A stretch of 64,000 bases of DNA from Toensbergia leucococca (taxonomy: Eukaryota): positions 1 through 64,000 of the forward strand of contig JALDZS010000066.1 in the NCBI GenBank assembly GCA_022813965.1. The letters run 5' to 3'. Numbering within the stretch: the stretch's first letter is position 1; every line of letters starts with the position of its first letter. A program made the translations under genes and the position numbers. Shown one piece after another: positions 25,562 through 38,777 of the stretch. Below the pieces are notes generated by a model. The model was not told the DNA's origin. It saw nothing but the letters and a program-made list of their open reading frames with translations, and did no database searches.

Positions 25562-26793
25562 CTATCTCTCCCTATTAGCCTGCTCCCGCTCCACCTCGTA
25601 CATGAAATCAAAATACCCCTTATCAAAATGATGCACCCGCACATACCCATCCTCCCCCCCACTCGAATAGCCCCGTCCCTGCGGATCCACGGCAATCGTG
25701 TTCAGCGGTCCAAAATGCCCCTTCACTCTCCCCACCTCATCTTCAAAGATCTTGTGATAAAATCGAGCTTCGAATTTCCCTTGGCGGGAGGAGGTGGTTG
25801 TAACGTCCATGGCTGCTTGGCCGCCGCCGAGGATTACAAAGTCTTTCTTGGGGGTGATGGCTGCGGTGTTGAGTGGGGTGTCGGCGGAGAATGATTTCAG
25901 GACTTCGAGACTGCGGGTGGAGATTATCTGATGGTGGTTAGGGGATTACTTGATAAGTGGGGCCGGACGAAGGGAAAACCTTTGCTGTTTTGTCTTTGGA
26001 GGCGGTGATGAAGTAGGTGCGGTCGGGGGACCATTGGAGGTCGGTTACTTGCATGCCGTCTTCGTGGGCGGGGATATTGTCAAGAAGCTCACCGCTCTGC
26101 TAGAGTTAGAACAACTTTGATCGTCTCGCTCGAACACGCTCGTACCTTTGCATCGTACTGTGACACCGTTCCGTCCTCGTGGCCAGCGATGATATATTTA
26201 GAGAGGTAGCTCCACCCTGCGACGGTAGCCTTGCTTTCGTCACAGGTGATAGTCAAGCTTCGCTCGTCGGTCTGCTGGGCCTCGACGTCGACTTGGATAT
26301 CGAGCACTACAATGGTCCCCAGATAGCCCATACGCTTTTCCGTAACAGCCAGCAACTGGGTTCCATCCTCGGAAAACTCGACTCTCTTCACCGCGGTATT
26401 GAAATCCCAGACTTTTACGCACTTGCCTGTTCTTATGTCCCATAAGCGAACAGTATTATCTGCGGCGCCGCTTGCGAGGAGGGTGGTGGAGGGGTCGACG
26501 TCGATAGTCCATAGGGCGCCCTGGTGGCCGTGGTAGGTTCCTAAGCGCTCGCCGTTTGCGGAAAACCAAGCACATATGACTTGGTCTTTGGCTGTGGAGA
26601 AGAGTATATCACCATCTTTGGTGTACCTTTTCTTGGAATCAGTAAAGCACTTCACTTTTGTGCGGCGAGGGGCTGGCTCACTTGATCTGGGTCAAGGACC
26701 GTTCCTAGAATATGATCAATTTAGGGAACTTTGTCAACATTTGTTTTGCAAATCCCTAGGACTTACATGGCCCTGTAACAATATTGGTCTCAT
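25562..26793 (-). CDS. TIF34: Translation initiation factor eIF3 subunit i (WD40)
   Basis: [16 protein letters not shown].., [32 protein letters not shown]. Confidence 0.97.
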
Positions 26794-27809
26794 CTCAATG
26801 TATCCGACAATTTTGCAGTGAGAGTTGTGTGAGTCAAATAAATATACAGACGCCTGGTGCGGAAATGTTTAGCGTGTGCACAAAACCTTTAGAATGCTTG
26901 GCGCAGAGAAAATACTCACCATTGGTGCCATTGAGGAGTACTAGTGAGGAAGCGAGGTAGGTGCGGGGTACGGATAGTGCCTTCACCTATTTTGTTGACA
27001 ATTGTCTGTCTTTCACTTCTATATTGGAGATCAAGCAACAACTGAAAGTCTTTACTGTTATGATTAACAGGACACCAATCATGTATATATAGACTGTTCA
27101 ATTTCTCTTCATTAGATTGTGTTACCTTTATTACTAATTCTTTTCTGTTTCGTTGTCACTCAGCTTCAACTCTATTTACAGTTATTGAGTCTTCCAGGTT
27201 TTTCATTCAACCTAGCAGCAAAAAAGGTAATTAAAAGACTCAATACTAATTAGGTAGGGTAAGTGTGCTCTGTGTATAACATTTTGTGTATAACTTGGAG
27301 ATATTTTAGGCTACCTTAATGCATCCCCACATTTAGGTCGTCTTACCCTCCACATTACGGAGCAGTTTCCGCTTCTTGAAAAATTGACTTTGGCGGGTGT
27401 CAACATAATATGAGTTTATGAATAGATACTTAACTGTTGTCGATCTCCTGCATGATGCCAATAGACTGATCACGCAGTCACACGCTCCGAATCTGCTCCG
27501 TATTTGGATGAACTACAACGGCTTGCCGCTGCATACTTTCACATCAGCTGCCCAGCCTACCTTACTTGAATGGATTCTGCGCCGTGAAGCAACCGCCCTC
27601 GCGTGAACCGGCCTTTGCCTTTCCTGCAGCTAACAATCTGACCCTCCAATCCCTGATCGTTCGTCAAATTGGCTATCAAACGCTTTTCGACCTCGCAGGT
27701 CTTTGTGCTTCCTGGCCGGCATAAAGCCCAACCATCTGCCAAGGGAGCTTTCTTGCATTGTCGCATACTTGAGCAGAGAGGGAGGCCATTTTCTCACAGT
27801 TGCCTGATT

Positions 27810-30677
27810 ATGGCAGCAAACAGGATAGACGGCAACGCCATTGCCAAAGGCATCCGGGAACAGATCCACGCTGGAATCAAGAGAACACAAGAGAGCAATC
27901 CAAGATACAAGCCTTCGTTGACCATTGTACAAGTTGGGGACAGATCGGACTCTAGCACCTATGTTCGCATGAAACTCAAAGCTGCTGAGGAAGCAAATAT
28001 TATCTGCAATCTTGTTCACTATCCTGAATCCATCACTGAAGCCGAGCTTCTGCAGCATATCATTGGATTCAACAATGACTCTTCAGTTCATGGTATCTTG
28101 GTTCAACTGCCTATTCCGAAGCATATATCCGAGCACGCTGTCACATCTGCCGTCGCTGACGAGAAGGATGTTGATGGGTTCGGGGTAAGTAACATCGGAG
28201 AATTGGCCAAGAAAGGGGGAAAGCCGCTGTTCACACCATGCACACCGAAAGGGGTAATGGTACTGCTGAAAGAGAGTGGCGTGGAGCTAAAGGGAAAAAA
28301 TGCCGTCGTACTTGGACGAAGCGACATTGTCGGCAGCCCGGTCAGCTACCTCTTGAGGAACGCGGACGCTACAGTTACTGTATGCCATTCGCGCACACAA
28401 GGTCTCGAAGATTACGTCAGGAGAGCAGACGTTGTGATTGCGGCAATAGGAAAGGCGAATTTTGTAAAGGGTGATTGGCTGAAACCAGGAGCCGTTGTGA
28501 TTGATGTGGGCACAAACTTCGTCCCAGATGAGTCTAAGAAGTCTGGTCAGAGACTGGTCGGCGACGTGGACTATGATTCTGCCGTAGAGGTCGCATCTAA
28601 GATCACTCCCGTGCCAGGAGGCGTTGGCCCAATGACTGTAGCAATGCTTCTTCAGAATGTCGTTAATGCTGCCACAGCATATTTCGACAGGCAGAACGCC
28701 AGACACATTGTCCCTCTTCCCCTGAATATAAGAAGTCCAGTGCCATCGGACATAGCTATTTCAAGAGCGCAAAGGCCGAAACCAATTACTCAAGTAGCAG
28801 ACGAAGTTGGCATAGCACCACATGAGCTAGAGCCATACGGAGCCTACAAAGCCAAGGTTGATTTGACACTACTACAGAGACTGGGCCATCGTAAGAATGG
28901 ACGATATGTGCTTGTCACTGGAATCACCCCCACTCCTCTTGGTGAGGGCAAGTCTACGACCACGGTGGGTCTTACGCAGGCAATGGCTGGACATTTGGAT
29001 CGAATAGCATTTGCCAATGTAAGGCAGCCAAGCCAAGGACCAACTTTTGGCATCAAGGGTGGAGCGGCTGGCGGAGGGTATAGCCAAGTTATTCCTATGG
29101 ATGAATTCAATCTACATTTGACCGGCGACATTCATGCCATCTCTGCAGCAAACAATCTTCTAGCGGCAGCCATTGAAACCCGAATGTTCCACGAGGCTAC
29201 TCAAAAAGACGGTGCTCTTTACAAACGTCTTGTACCCGTGAAGAAAGGGAAGAGGGAGTTTCAGCCAATCATGTTCCGTCGACTCAAGAAGCTTGGTATC
29301 ACCAAGACGAGCCCGGATGAGCTTTCTCAAGATGAAATACATAAATTTGCAAGGTTAGATATCGACCCAGAGACCATTACCTGGAGGAGAGTCCTAGATG
29401 TGAACGACCGACATTTGAGAGGAATAACTATTGGCCAGGCTCCTACCGAGAAGGGCACGACTCGAGAAACCGGTTTTGATATTTCAGTGGCAAGCGAATG
29501 CATGGCCATTCTTGCACTCAGCAATGACCTTGGTGATATGCGGGAGAGACTGGGGAAAATGGTCGTTGCTACCTCGAAGAGCGGCGATCCTGTAACTTGC
29601 GATGACATTGGCGCCGGTGGTGCCTTGACCGCGCTCATGAAAGATGCCATCAAGCCGAATCTCATGCAAACTCTCGAAGGCACTCCAGTGTTCGTGCATG
29701 CCGGACCTTTTGCCAACATCAGCATCGGTGCAAGCTCCGTTCTTGCAGACAAGCTAGCCCTAAAGCTGGCAGGAACAGAAGCCGACGAAGATCATGATGA
29801 GAAGACAGGCTTCGTCGTCACAGAGGCTGGCTTCGACTTTACCATGGGTGGCGAGCGCTTTTTCAACATCAAATGCCGCTCATCAGGCCTTGTACCAGAC
29901 GTCGTGGTTGTAGTAGCCACTGTCAGAGCTCTAAAGGTGCACGGCGGCGGGCCTGAGATTACTCCAGGAGCAGCACTCCACGAAGTCTACCGCACAGAAA
30001 ACGTCCATCTTCTCCGGGAAGGATGCGTGAACCTCCGAAAGCATGTCTCAAATGCCAGAGAATACGGCATCCCAGTCGTGGTGGCCATCAACAAATTCGA
30101 GACGGACACGGATGCAGAAATCGCTGTCATCCGAGAAGAAGCTCTTGCAGCTGGTGCGGCTGATGCTATTCCAGCCAACCACTGGGCTGAAGGAGGCAAA
30201 GGTGCGATTGATCTAGCCAAGGGGGTTATTGCCTCGAGCTCAAAAGAAAAACATTTCAAGCTACTTTACGATCTTGATGGCACTGTCCAAGAACGGATCG
30301 AGAGAATCGGAAAAGTCATGTACGGGGCTGACAAAGTCGAGTTCAGCGAGCTGGCGCAAAAAAAGCTTGATACGTACCAGAAGCAAGGCTTTAGCAATCT
30401 TCCAATATGTATAGCCAAGACGCAATACTCGCTAAGCCACAATCCGAGCTTAAAGGGCGCACCGACAGGTTTCACAGTACCGATAAGGGATGTCCGATTG
30501 GCGGTCGGGGCTGGATACCTGTAAGTCTCATGCAGATTGAGTCGCTGACAAGAAACTGATAGCTACAGATATGCCTTGGCTGCAGACATCCAAACCATCC
30601 CTGGCTTACCGACAGCGCCCGGCTATCTTAACGTCGATGTGGATGCAGAAACAGGGGAGGTTGATGGGCTTTTCTAA
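27810..30677 (+). CDS. ADE3: Trifunctional C1-tetrahydrofolate synthase (ADE3/MIS1 type); frame open upstream to at least 27669
   Basis: EKDVDGF, PCTPKG, GRSDIVG, PVPGGVGPMT, TPLGEGKSTT, HAGPFANI, AKTQYS; intron 30521-30569. Confidence 0.97.
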
Positions 30678-30924
30678 ATTGTCCGTTGATATCCGTCCCT
30701 CTCACAATTCTTCAACAACAGCATATTTGTATGCCTGGCAAGTCAATTAATATGTTGGCTCGAGGAAGCACACTTCAACAGCTGCGCTGTAACCCTTGGT
30801 GTTCTATCAGTTCTAAAAGTGTCTTTCAATAGATGTATATAATCAACAGAATAGAGAGCGATATTTTTCCCGCTATTGATTTTATACCACTTTATCGAGC
30901 ACTGAAGAGGAAATCGAAGATCCA

Positions 30925-30967
30925 TCCCTCAATCGCTCAATCCCTCAATCCCTCAATCCCTCAATCC
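30925..30967. repeat. 8-bp microsatellite (TCCCTCAA) x~5
   Basis: Read directly; one variant unit TCGCTCAA; lies upstream of IDP1. Confidence 0.9.
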
Positions 30968-31143
30968 ATACCGAGAGCGGGCTCGGCGTAGAATATTTAA
31001 TAATACTGTAAGAAACGCGGAACAAATTCCGGACACGGCGTCACCGTGACGTTCTTCGACGAGCCTCGGAGCTTCAACATGAAGTGCAACGTCGAATCCA
31101 TCTATTCAGTTCGAAATGATTATGGTGTTACTTGTTACCTGCC

Positions 31144-32577
31144 ATGAAAGCCTTCCCGCCATCAGTCATACATTCAGTAGCAAGACCCACATGTATTCGA
31201 GCATCTTCAATAGCTCTAATTGCCCATTCTCATCGTCCACTCCACCGATCAGCGCAATCAGCAGCCATGTCGTCCACACACAAAATCAAAGTCAAAAACC
31301 CGGTTGTTGAGCTCGATGGCGATGAGATGACCCGTATAATATGGAAAGATATCAAAGACAAATTCATCCATCCCTACCTTGATATCGACCTCAAATATTA
31401 CGACTTAGGCCTCCCTTACCGAGACGAAACCAATGATCAAGTCACTATCGATGCCGCCGAAGCAATTAAGAAATACTCTGTTGGAGTCAAGTGCGCGACT
31501 ATCACTCCGGACGAAGCCCGGGTCAAGGAATTTCACCTCAAGAAGATGTGGTTGAGCCCCAATGGAACAATTAGAAATCTCCTGGGAGGGACGGTATTCA
31601 GAGAACCGATCGTCATCCCTAGGATACCGCGGCTGGTCCCTGGCTGGAAGCAACCGATAATAATCGGTAGGCATGCCTTCGGGGACCAGTACCGGGCAAA
31701 GGACTACGTCGCCAAAGGCCCAGGGCTCTTGGAGATGGTATACACACCTACCGGGGGCGAGCCGGAGCGTATCAAAGTTTTTGAGTACGGCCAGGACGGA
31801 GGGGTGGCGCAGACGCAATACAACACCCATGACTCGATCCGCGGCTTTGCGCACGCGAGTTTCAAGCTTGCGTTGAGTAAGCCGTTGCCGCTGTATATGA
31901 GTACGAAGAACACCATTCTGAAAAAATATGATGGGCGATTCAAAGATATCTTTGAAGAGGTGTATGAGAAGGAATACAAGGACGGCTTCAAAGAGAAGGG
32001 TATTTGGTATGAACATCGCTTGATAGACGACATGGTCGCGCAGATGATGAAGAGCTCAGGGGGCTTCATCATGGCCTTAAAGAGTAAGAATCTCTCTCTG
32101 ACTAAAGTCCATCGCAACGAGAGGAAGCGTAGCTAATACTCTCCCTCTTCAGACTACGACGGCGACGTCCTCTCCGACATCGTCGCCCAAGGCTTCGGCT
32201 CCCTCGGCCTCATGACCTCCGTCCTCATCACCCCAGACGGCAAAACCTACGAATCCGAAGCCGCCCACGGCACCGTAACGCGCCATTTCCGCGAGCATCA
32301 AAAGGGCCACGAGACCTCCACCAACCCAATCGCATCCATCTTCGCTTGGACGCGCGGGCTGGTGCAGCGGGGTGTGTTGGATGAGACGCCCGAGGTCGTT
32401 GCTTTTGCGGAGAGCTTGGAGCAGGCGTGTGTGGAGGTTGTGGATTTGGAGGGGATCATGACGAAGGATTTGGCGCTTGCTTGTGGCAAGGGGGAGAGGA
32501 AGGACTATGTCACTACGGGGGAGTATATGGCTGCGGTGGAGAGGAGAATGAAGGTGCATTTGAAAGAGAAGTTGTGA
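31144..32577 (+). CDS. IDP1: NADP-dependent isocitrate dehydrogenase
   Basis: [55 protein letters not shown]; second in-frame ATG at 31267; ends KEKL. Confidence 0.98.
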
Positions 32578-33467
32578 TTTATATGAGAGAGTGGTAGGGC
32601 GGGGTTGAGAGTTTATGGTGGTTGTTGCTGAGGGGAGCATGCCGTGTCCTGGCAAAATGGGTCGACGGATTACCTCGACAATTAACCCCTAAGACGAAGA
32701 CCTAGGTTGCCAGGACATGGCATAATCTAGGCTGGTTCTTTTTTTGGTTGTCTTGGGTACTGCAATTTGGGGTAACTTTTGGTCGAGGACTTGAATCTTT
32801 CTCGGTACCACAACGCAAGAAGCAGCCTGGAGAACCGGAGGGGCAGCGAAGATGCTTTTGGGGAAGGAGTCTTGAAGGAGAGGAGAATTGGACGTTCAGC
32901 ATACATATATTTCATTCGTTATACATATATTCCTTTGGTCGAACCTTGGACATAGGTAGCGTCGCGAATCTTTTCCATTACCTCCGGTTACAGTAACGGC
33001 AGCTTTGGCTTAGCCTACACCTTACCTTCCAAGAAAAGACGAAGTTGATGTCCAAAAAAAGCCGTCTTCGTAACCCCCCTTTTAGTCACCAAGAACAGAA
33101 AGATATGAAATAACACCTCCACACCGCAGACCTCAAGGCAGGTTTGGTTCTTCCCTCTCTGCGTATCCAGCCAGGAAGTTCCACCTTCGACAACTACACC
33201 CTTCTCGTCCCCTCTTTCCGCTCTCTCACAACTAAATCACTCCAAAATCCAGATGCTCCATCCGCTACCCGGCTGCCCTTGGAGTTGCACGCACACCCCT
33301 GACTGGGCTCGATTTGTACATCTGGCCATGGTGTTGGGCTGGTTCTAGGACTCGCTGGCTGGCGCGATTTTGGTAGAGGGGTGTCGAGGAAGAGAGTGCT
33401 GGGGGTGCTGGGTCGTGTGAAAGGGGGTTTGCGTTAATGGATGTAACATGCCTCTTCGTTTTGGCGG

Positions 33468-35642
33468 TCAACAACACTTCTCGAACAATCTCCATATATG
33501 CAGCGAGTTGCTATAAGCAGCCATCTGAACTGCCTCCCAAATCCCGGATCTAGGTGACGACGGGATGGCGTAGCCGAGAAATGCCGCGGTGGTTGCTGAT
33601 GCGGTGGTGTAGCAGAGGAGAATGGATACGGCGGTGCTGATCGCGTCGATTAGACTGGGGAGGCCAAAGGTGAGGTAAGAGCTCGCCAAGAGCTTAAAGA
33701 CTGCTTTTCTGTAGTTTTGGGTTTCGGAGGTGTGAGGGGAGGAGAGTGCGAAAGCGTCGAGCGAGGATAGAGGGGCGAGGCGGGTGTATGGTTGCGGTGG
33801 CGAGGCACTCAGTTCTTGTAGCGAGGGGTCGGGTTGGAGTGGGGTGGAGGAGAATTGACGGAGGATTAGGAGAAGTGTCCACCGTACTCGATCTAGGCGA
33901 TTTAGGGGACTTAAAAGGATAGGTATTGGTGAAGGGGGATTTGATTCGAGGAAGATGAGATGGAATTGGTTGGGGTGGGAGACCCAGCATGTTTCTCCCT
34001 GGCCTTTGTTTTTGGGATTGAGGAGCTCTGATCTGAGGAACTGGGAGATATGGGCGTGGCGGGCGATGCGGTCGTAGAAGAGGGGTGTTAGAACTTTGAA
34101 TTCGATTGGTTGGCTTGAGGACCGGGAAGCTTTGGGTTGGAGTGCTTTTGGGAAGAATATCTCTATATTTGGGTTGCTGAATATGGCCGCTGTGTATCTT
34201 ACAGGTACGTCAAGGTTTGACTGTTCGATTTCTGATCGCAGAAAGCCCCTGAAACATTTCTCGATAGCTCTAGAAATTCAATTAGTGCGAGCAGACAAGA
34301 CCTACCGATGTAGTTTACCTTTCATCCTTCGTCCCCTGTCGCCCGATACTGTCCTTCAGAACCTCGGGTCGGAACCAAACATGAAGTCTCCTTCGGAAGA
34401 ACAGCTTTGCAGCTTCCCTCACGATGCGAGGAAATGTTACGAAACCCACCCACCACCATGAGGTGACAAAGCTAAGGGTAGTCCAGAAGGTGAGATTGGA
34501 TGGGTCTATAGTGGGTTGAGTGGAAAAGACTCGAGCGACTAGTTTGGGATGATTCTTAGAGGAGCTGAGAGTGATTGTGTTATTGACTTGGCCGTTACCG
34601 CTCAGGTACGGAAAAAATGGATCGTTGGCACTCAATGCGTATGACCCCTTTCGGGAATTGAACGGGGATACATGGAAATCTTTTCCCCAAGTATTCGTAA
34701 ATCTAGCATTACTTTTATTACTAGGATTGTCTTCTTCGAGCAACAAAAGTTCCTTGGAACCATTGGGCAAAAAGTCTCCGTCCTCGAGGGTATCGATTTC
34801 CGGATCCGAGACAGCACTGTTTGTGTCTTTGAGAAAGTACAATCGTCGCTCATCAAACGTGTTATTTACTTCGAGTATCATAGCCTTCAGTTGCCTCTCC
34901 TCGTTGTAGAGATACCAGAAAGATACAGGATTGAACGAATAACCGAGGAATCGAGGTGCAGTAATCAAATAAGCATGAGCATAGTCTGATGGGATCTCAC
35001 CCTGCGCTTCGGTCTCAGCGCTGTTGTATCTATCATCTGACGAGGCTCGCGTACCTGAGACTTGAGATACTCCTCAAGTTTCCCTTGGAGACCGACCGCG
35101 CCATCGCCCCGATTGAGATAGTCGGCAGCATCAACGGCCAGCCATGTTTTCGGAAATTTCCGATGCTCCCTCCCGAAGCCATGGGATAAAGATTCAAGGT
35201 CTGCGGAAAGGAAAGATCCTACAGAACCCTTCCATCCAACTGGAATGCCCACGAGTAGGTACGAGTAGGAGAATGAATGCTTCTTGGGGAACATGCGGGT
35301 GTGCGAGGTCCGACAAGGAAACACAAGAGGCGTCAGTATCTGTACTTTACTACCACCAGGAACATTGGCCAAGGTGGTTCCTCGCGAAGGCTTCCTTGTT
35401 CCATATTTTTGCACGTTGTATAGAAAAGACGCAAAGGCTATGCACGTAATAATGGAGACAATGATGAAGTAGGTCTGGAAAGATACGAGAGAGATGTAAT
35501 TGAACAATGGGAAGTGTCGGTGATTCCAAACCCCAAACGTAAATAGCAGCAAAAGATCAAATTTTGCTTCTTGAGTGTCATTTTTGAATCTTATAATCCA
35601 TGACGCTGTGCTCAAGGCGAGGGTCGCCAACGATGCATGCAT
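33468..35642 (-). CDS. DUF1365-family membrane protein, 3 exons
   Basis: TSHTRMFPKKHSFSYSY, TAPRFLGYSFNPVSFWY, LEVNNTFDER, KDFHVSPFN; exon 3 (34269-33468) translated by hand is open to the stop at 33468. Confidence 0.88.
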
Positions 35643-36067
35643 TGAACGCCTCGGCTTGGAGATACAGCAATAAGGTAGCAGATTTACCTAGAGTAAGAGT
35701 GGTTCCATGCTTGAACAGACAGAACAAAGTAAGGCGAGTGCTTGCTCCTACTCGTAGACGACATCCGACTACCAATTTGCCACCGCATGTCAAATGTGTG
35801 AAGAGTCATGACTAATACTAATCCTCGAATCCACCCGATTTCAGACACTTGTGAATCATCGCCAAGACTTTACTAGAATACGACCGAGGATTCGAGCTAC
35901 TCAATCACAACATCTCATCTTACACTTTCCAACTTCACAAACTTAACTCAACAAATCAGAATCGAAATATCACATAATCCAGGTACTTCTCTCAGACAAA
36001 CAATTCTCCACCTCCATTCGTCCATCTGCATCTCAAGCCCCATCCACCCCCCAATACCACTACAACA

Positions 36068-36620
36068 ATGTCCGACGACTGGGACACCGTGACCAAAATC
36101 GGCAGCAAGACCAACGGCGGATCTTCCCAACGCGAGACCGTCGTCCGAGGCAAAGGTGCCCTGAACGCTGCCCAAAGAAGTGGCACAATCATCGGCACAG
36201 AAAAGAAGTTCGCCACAGGAAACACCGTAAGCCAAACACCCCACTCCCACCCCCACAACTTTATCTACCCCTTCCCACAAACTCTCCATCTCAATCACCT
36301 GTTCCCTCACACCCTAATTCTAGGTCAACAAAGCCGGCTCCGAAGGCCAACGCCTCACCAAAGTCGACCGCTCAGATGACATTGTGCCCGTGCAAAAAAC
36401 CGGCGCCGAAATTGGCTCCGCCATCCGCAACCGCCGTAGCGTTGAACCCTACAAGATGACGCAAGCCGAATTGGCCAAGAAAGTCAACGCCCCGGCCAAC
36501 GATATCAAACTGCTCGAGTCTGGGGAGGCTGTCAAGAACCAAGGTCTGTTGAACCGCGTTGCTAGGGTTCTCAAGATCAGCCCCAAGACGGGGAAGGCGC
36601 TTGATGAGGACAAGAAATAG
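36068..36620 (+). CDS. MBF1: Multiprotein-bridging factor 1
   Basis: [44 protein letters not shown]; one intron. Confidence 0.96.
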
Positions 36621-37148
36621 AAGAATGAGGAGTGGTTGGTAGTGTTAACGGAGGAGGGCGGTACTGCATGCCATTATTCTTCTGCAGATTAGACAAGGTG
36701 ACTTCACCCTTCGGCGGGGGTTTTTGGGGAGTTTGATGGTTGGTGCTTTCGATGATTGATGACGACCACGATGGGGGTTTGTGTAGCATGAATTGAGGGC
36801 CTGGCAGTGCCCTCGCCTCTACCTCTATTGATACGTAGCTAGAAACATGCACTGCATCAGCTAAGGCATTGTTAGCCAAGCTCTCGTTGCCCCAGCTTAG
36901 AGCCAATGGGTTCATTCTCGTGATATGCCCTTGCTCTTGAGAGGCCACTCTCCTGACTTCGTAGCTGATGGAGCTCTCTTAAAGGATGCTACCCTGTACA
37001 GTCATGCATTGCGATGAGTTGACCCAGTTTCCAAGGAGTCATCCACCAAATTCCAGGACATCAAAATCTAGAAATCCAGTCGGCATCAACCGTGCCGGGC
37101 TCCCTTTGCCATTCCCAACATATCATCCAGCGTGAAAACCCTACTTTC

Positions 37149-38777
37149 TCACAAAACGGCCAAAAGACCCCTAATTCTCTCCGCCATCTCCCTCCTGCCA
37201 ACCATTGCCCCCCTCCTGATCGTAACCCCCACCACCCTCCCCACCTCCCTTACCCCAACCCACTCCGGCGCCACCTCCATGGCCAACAGTCTCATACACC
37301 TAACCGCCTCATCCTTGGACACCGGATTACGCAACGACATCTGCAGATGCTGCACTAGTGTCGCCATGGTGAAGGAATAGCTGTGCTGTTTTGATATGAC
37401 TGCGGTTGTTGGCCATTCATCGGGAGAGGATTTGGAATGGTGGGAGCGACTAGCTGAGCTAGTGAGGATTTCGAGGACGGGAGTTATTTCTTCGAGGCGT
37501 TGGAGGGCGGATTTTCGGGCTAGGGTCTGTGGGGAGGGGGCGGAAGGGAGGGTAGATTGATGGACTTGCTTGGCGAGGATACGGGAGAGGAGGTTGCTGC
37601 TTCTGGAGGTTGGGGCTTGAGAGGCAGGGTTAGAAGTGGACGGTCCTGGGAAAGACGTCTTGAGTTTGATGGAGCTAGTCTTGAGGTATAAGAGCCGGCG
37701 TTGGCCCTTGGCGAGGAGGGGGGATATCTTATGAAGGGAGGCGCAGGGGAGGACTGGGGAGAGAGGGAGGTCGGAGATGAAGGCCGAGGGGGTAGGAGGT
37801 GGGGTTTGCGATTGGAAGTGTTCGTGCCATTGCTGGGCGAGGTTTTTGGTGAAGATGGTGTTCTGGACCTCCTCGTTTATTGGTCGTTTTTGGATACCCT
37901 GGTGCTGCGTATCATCTGCGATCTCTATACAAATTTTGCCGTTCCCATAGTCGGAAAGCGATAATGTCGTTGTAGAATTGCTTGACTGCTCCGTCCCGTC
38001 TGTAACAGGACAAATTTGTGAGATGGCCAGGATCCGTCTTATATCTTCTACAGAAACCCTTCTCTTTCCCCATGAGCGTTCAATACTAGGGCGAAGGACG
38101 CGTAAGTCCGCTGGTGTCAAAGATCCGTAATGGGCATAGTGTAATGATAGAGCGGTGAGGAACGATGAGTATAAGTGTATGAGATCTTGCAATTCTTCGG
38201 GTGTCTCTATAGGGACGTTGCGGGCAAGAGAAGGATCCCTGATGGAACATGTGGACGGAGAAGTAGAAGGCGTGGCTAGTGACAATGGCGATGATTCAAG
38301 CTTCGAAGGCGATGATGAGCTAAGAGCGAGACAATCGAAGCAAGAGCGAGCCCCTTTAGTTGGTGTATCTGTTGCACTCGACAAGAGCGATGGAGGCTTT
38401 CGAGGTGTTGCTAGTGGCTCATGGTTCACTGGCAATAACGATGCTGGCGCTTTCAAGCTTAATGTAGCAATCTTCTCGTCTTCATCAAAGGAGTCGGCAA
38501 GAACTGGGGAAGCACCTCGAGTCTCAATTTTGATGCCGACTTCTTCTATATCTATCAACTTCCTTTTTTTAGAATTACCACAAGTACTGCCCTGGCGACC
38601 GTCCTTCAGGGACGGGATTGCTTTTTCTCCAGAAGTATTCTTCTTAGGAATGTGTTGGGTTAGCACTTGCGACTTGGAGATCTTGCCGAAACCTTGGATG
38701 CTTTGCTGATTTACAAGAGTATTGGTACGTAGCGTCGCACCTACTGTGATCTTTCGCCTTTTCGCAGAAGGAGACAT
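37149..38777 (-). CDS. CDT1: DNA replication licensing factor Cdt1-like
   Basis: 542-aa single-exon ORF; LHYAHYG..SWGKRRVSVEDIRRIL; C-terminal LVQHLQMSLRNPVSKDEAVRCMRLLA..PEWV; MCB-like ACGCGA upstream. Confidence 0.85.
   Translation of the reverse strand: MSPSAKRRKITVGATLRTNTLVNQQSIQGFGKISKSQVLTQHIPKKNTSGEKAIPSLKDGRQGSTCGNSKKRKLIDIEEVGIKIETRGASPVLADSFDEDEKIATLSLKAPASLLPVNHEPLATPRKPPSLLSSATDTPTKGARSCFDCLALSSSSPSKLESSPLSLATPSTSPSTCSIRDPSLARNVPIETPEELQDLIHLYSSFLTALSLHYAHYGSLTPADLRVLRPSIERSWGKRRVSVEDIRRILAISQICPVTDGTEQSSNSTTTLSLSDYGNGKICIEIADDTQHQGIQKRPINEEVQNTIFTKNLAQQWHEHFQSQTPPPTPSAFISDLPLSPVLPCASLHKISPLLAKGQRRLLYLKTSSIKLKTSFPGPSTSNPASQAPTSRSSNLLSRILAKQVHQSTLPSAPSPQTLARKSALQRLEEITPVLEILTSSASRSHHSKSSPDEWPTTAVISKQHSYSFTMATLVQHLQMSLRNPVSKDEAVRCMRLLAMEVAPEWVGVREVGRVVGVTIRRGAMVGRREMAERIRGLLAVL

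Noticed and set aside
31405..32117. Long antisense ORFs over IDP1 (similar ones over ADE3, SDR and CDT1)
   Set aside because: Expected shadows of biased codon usage
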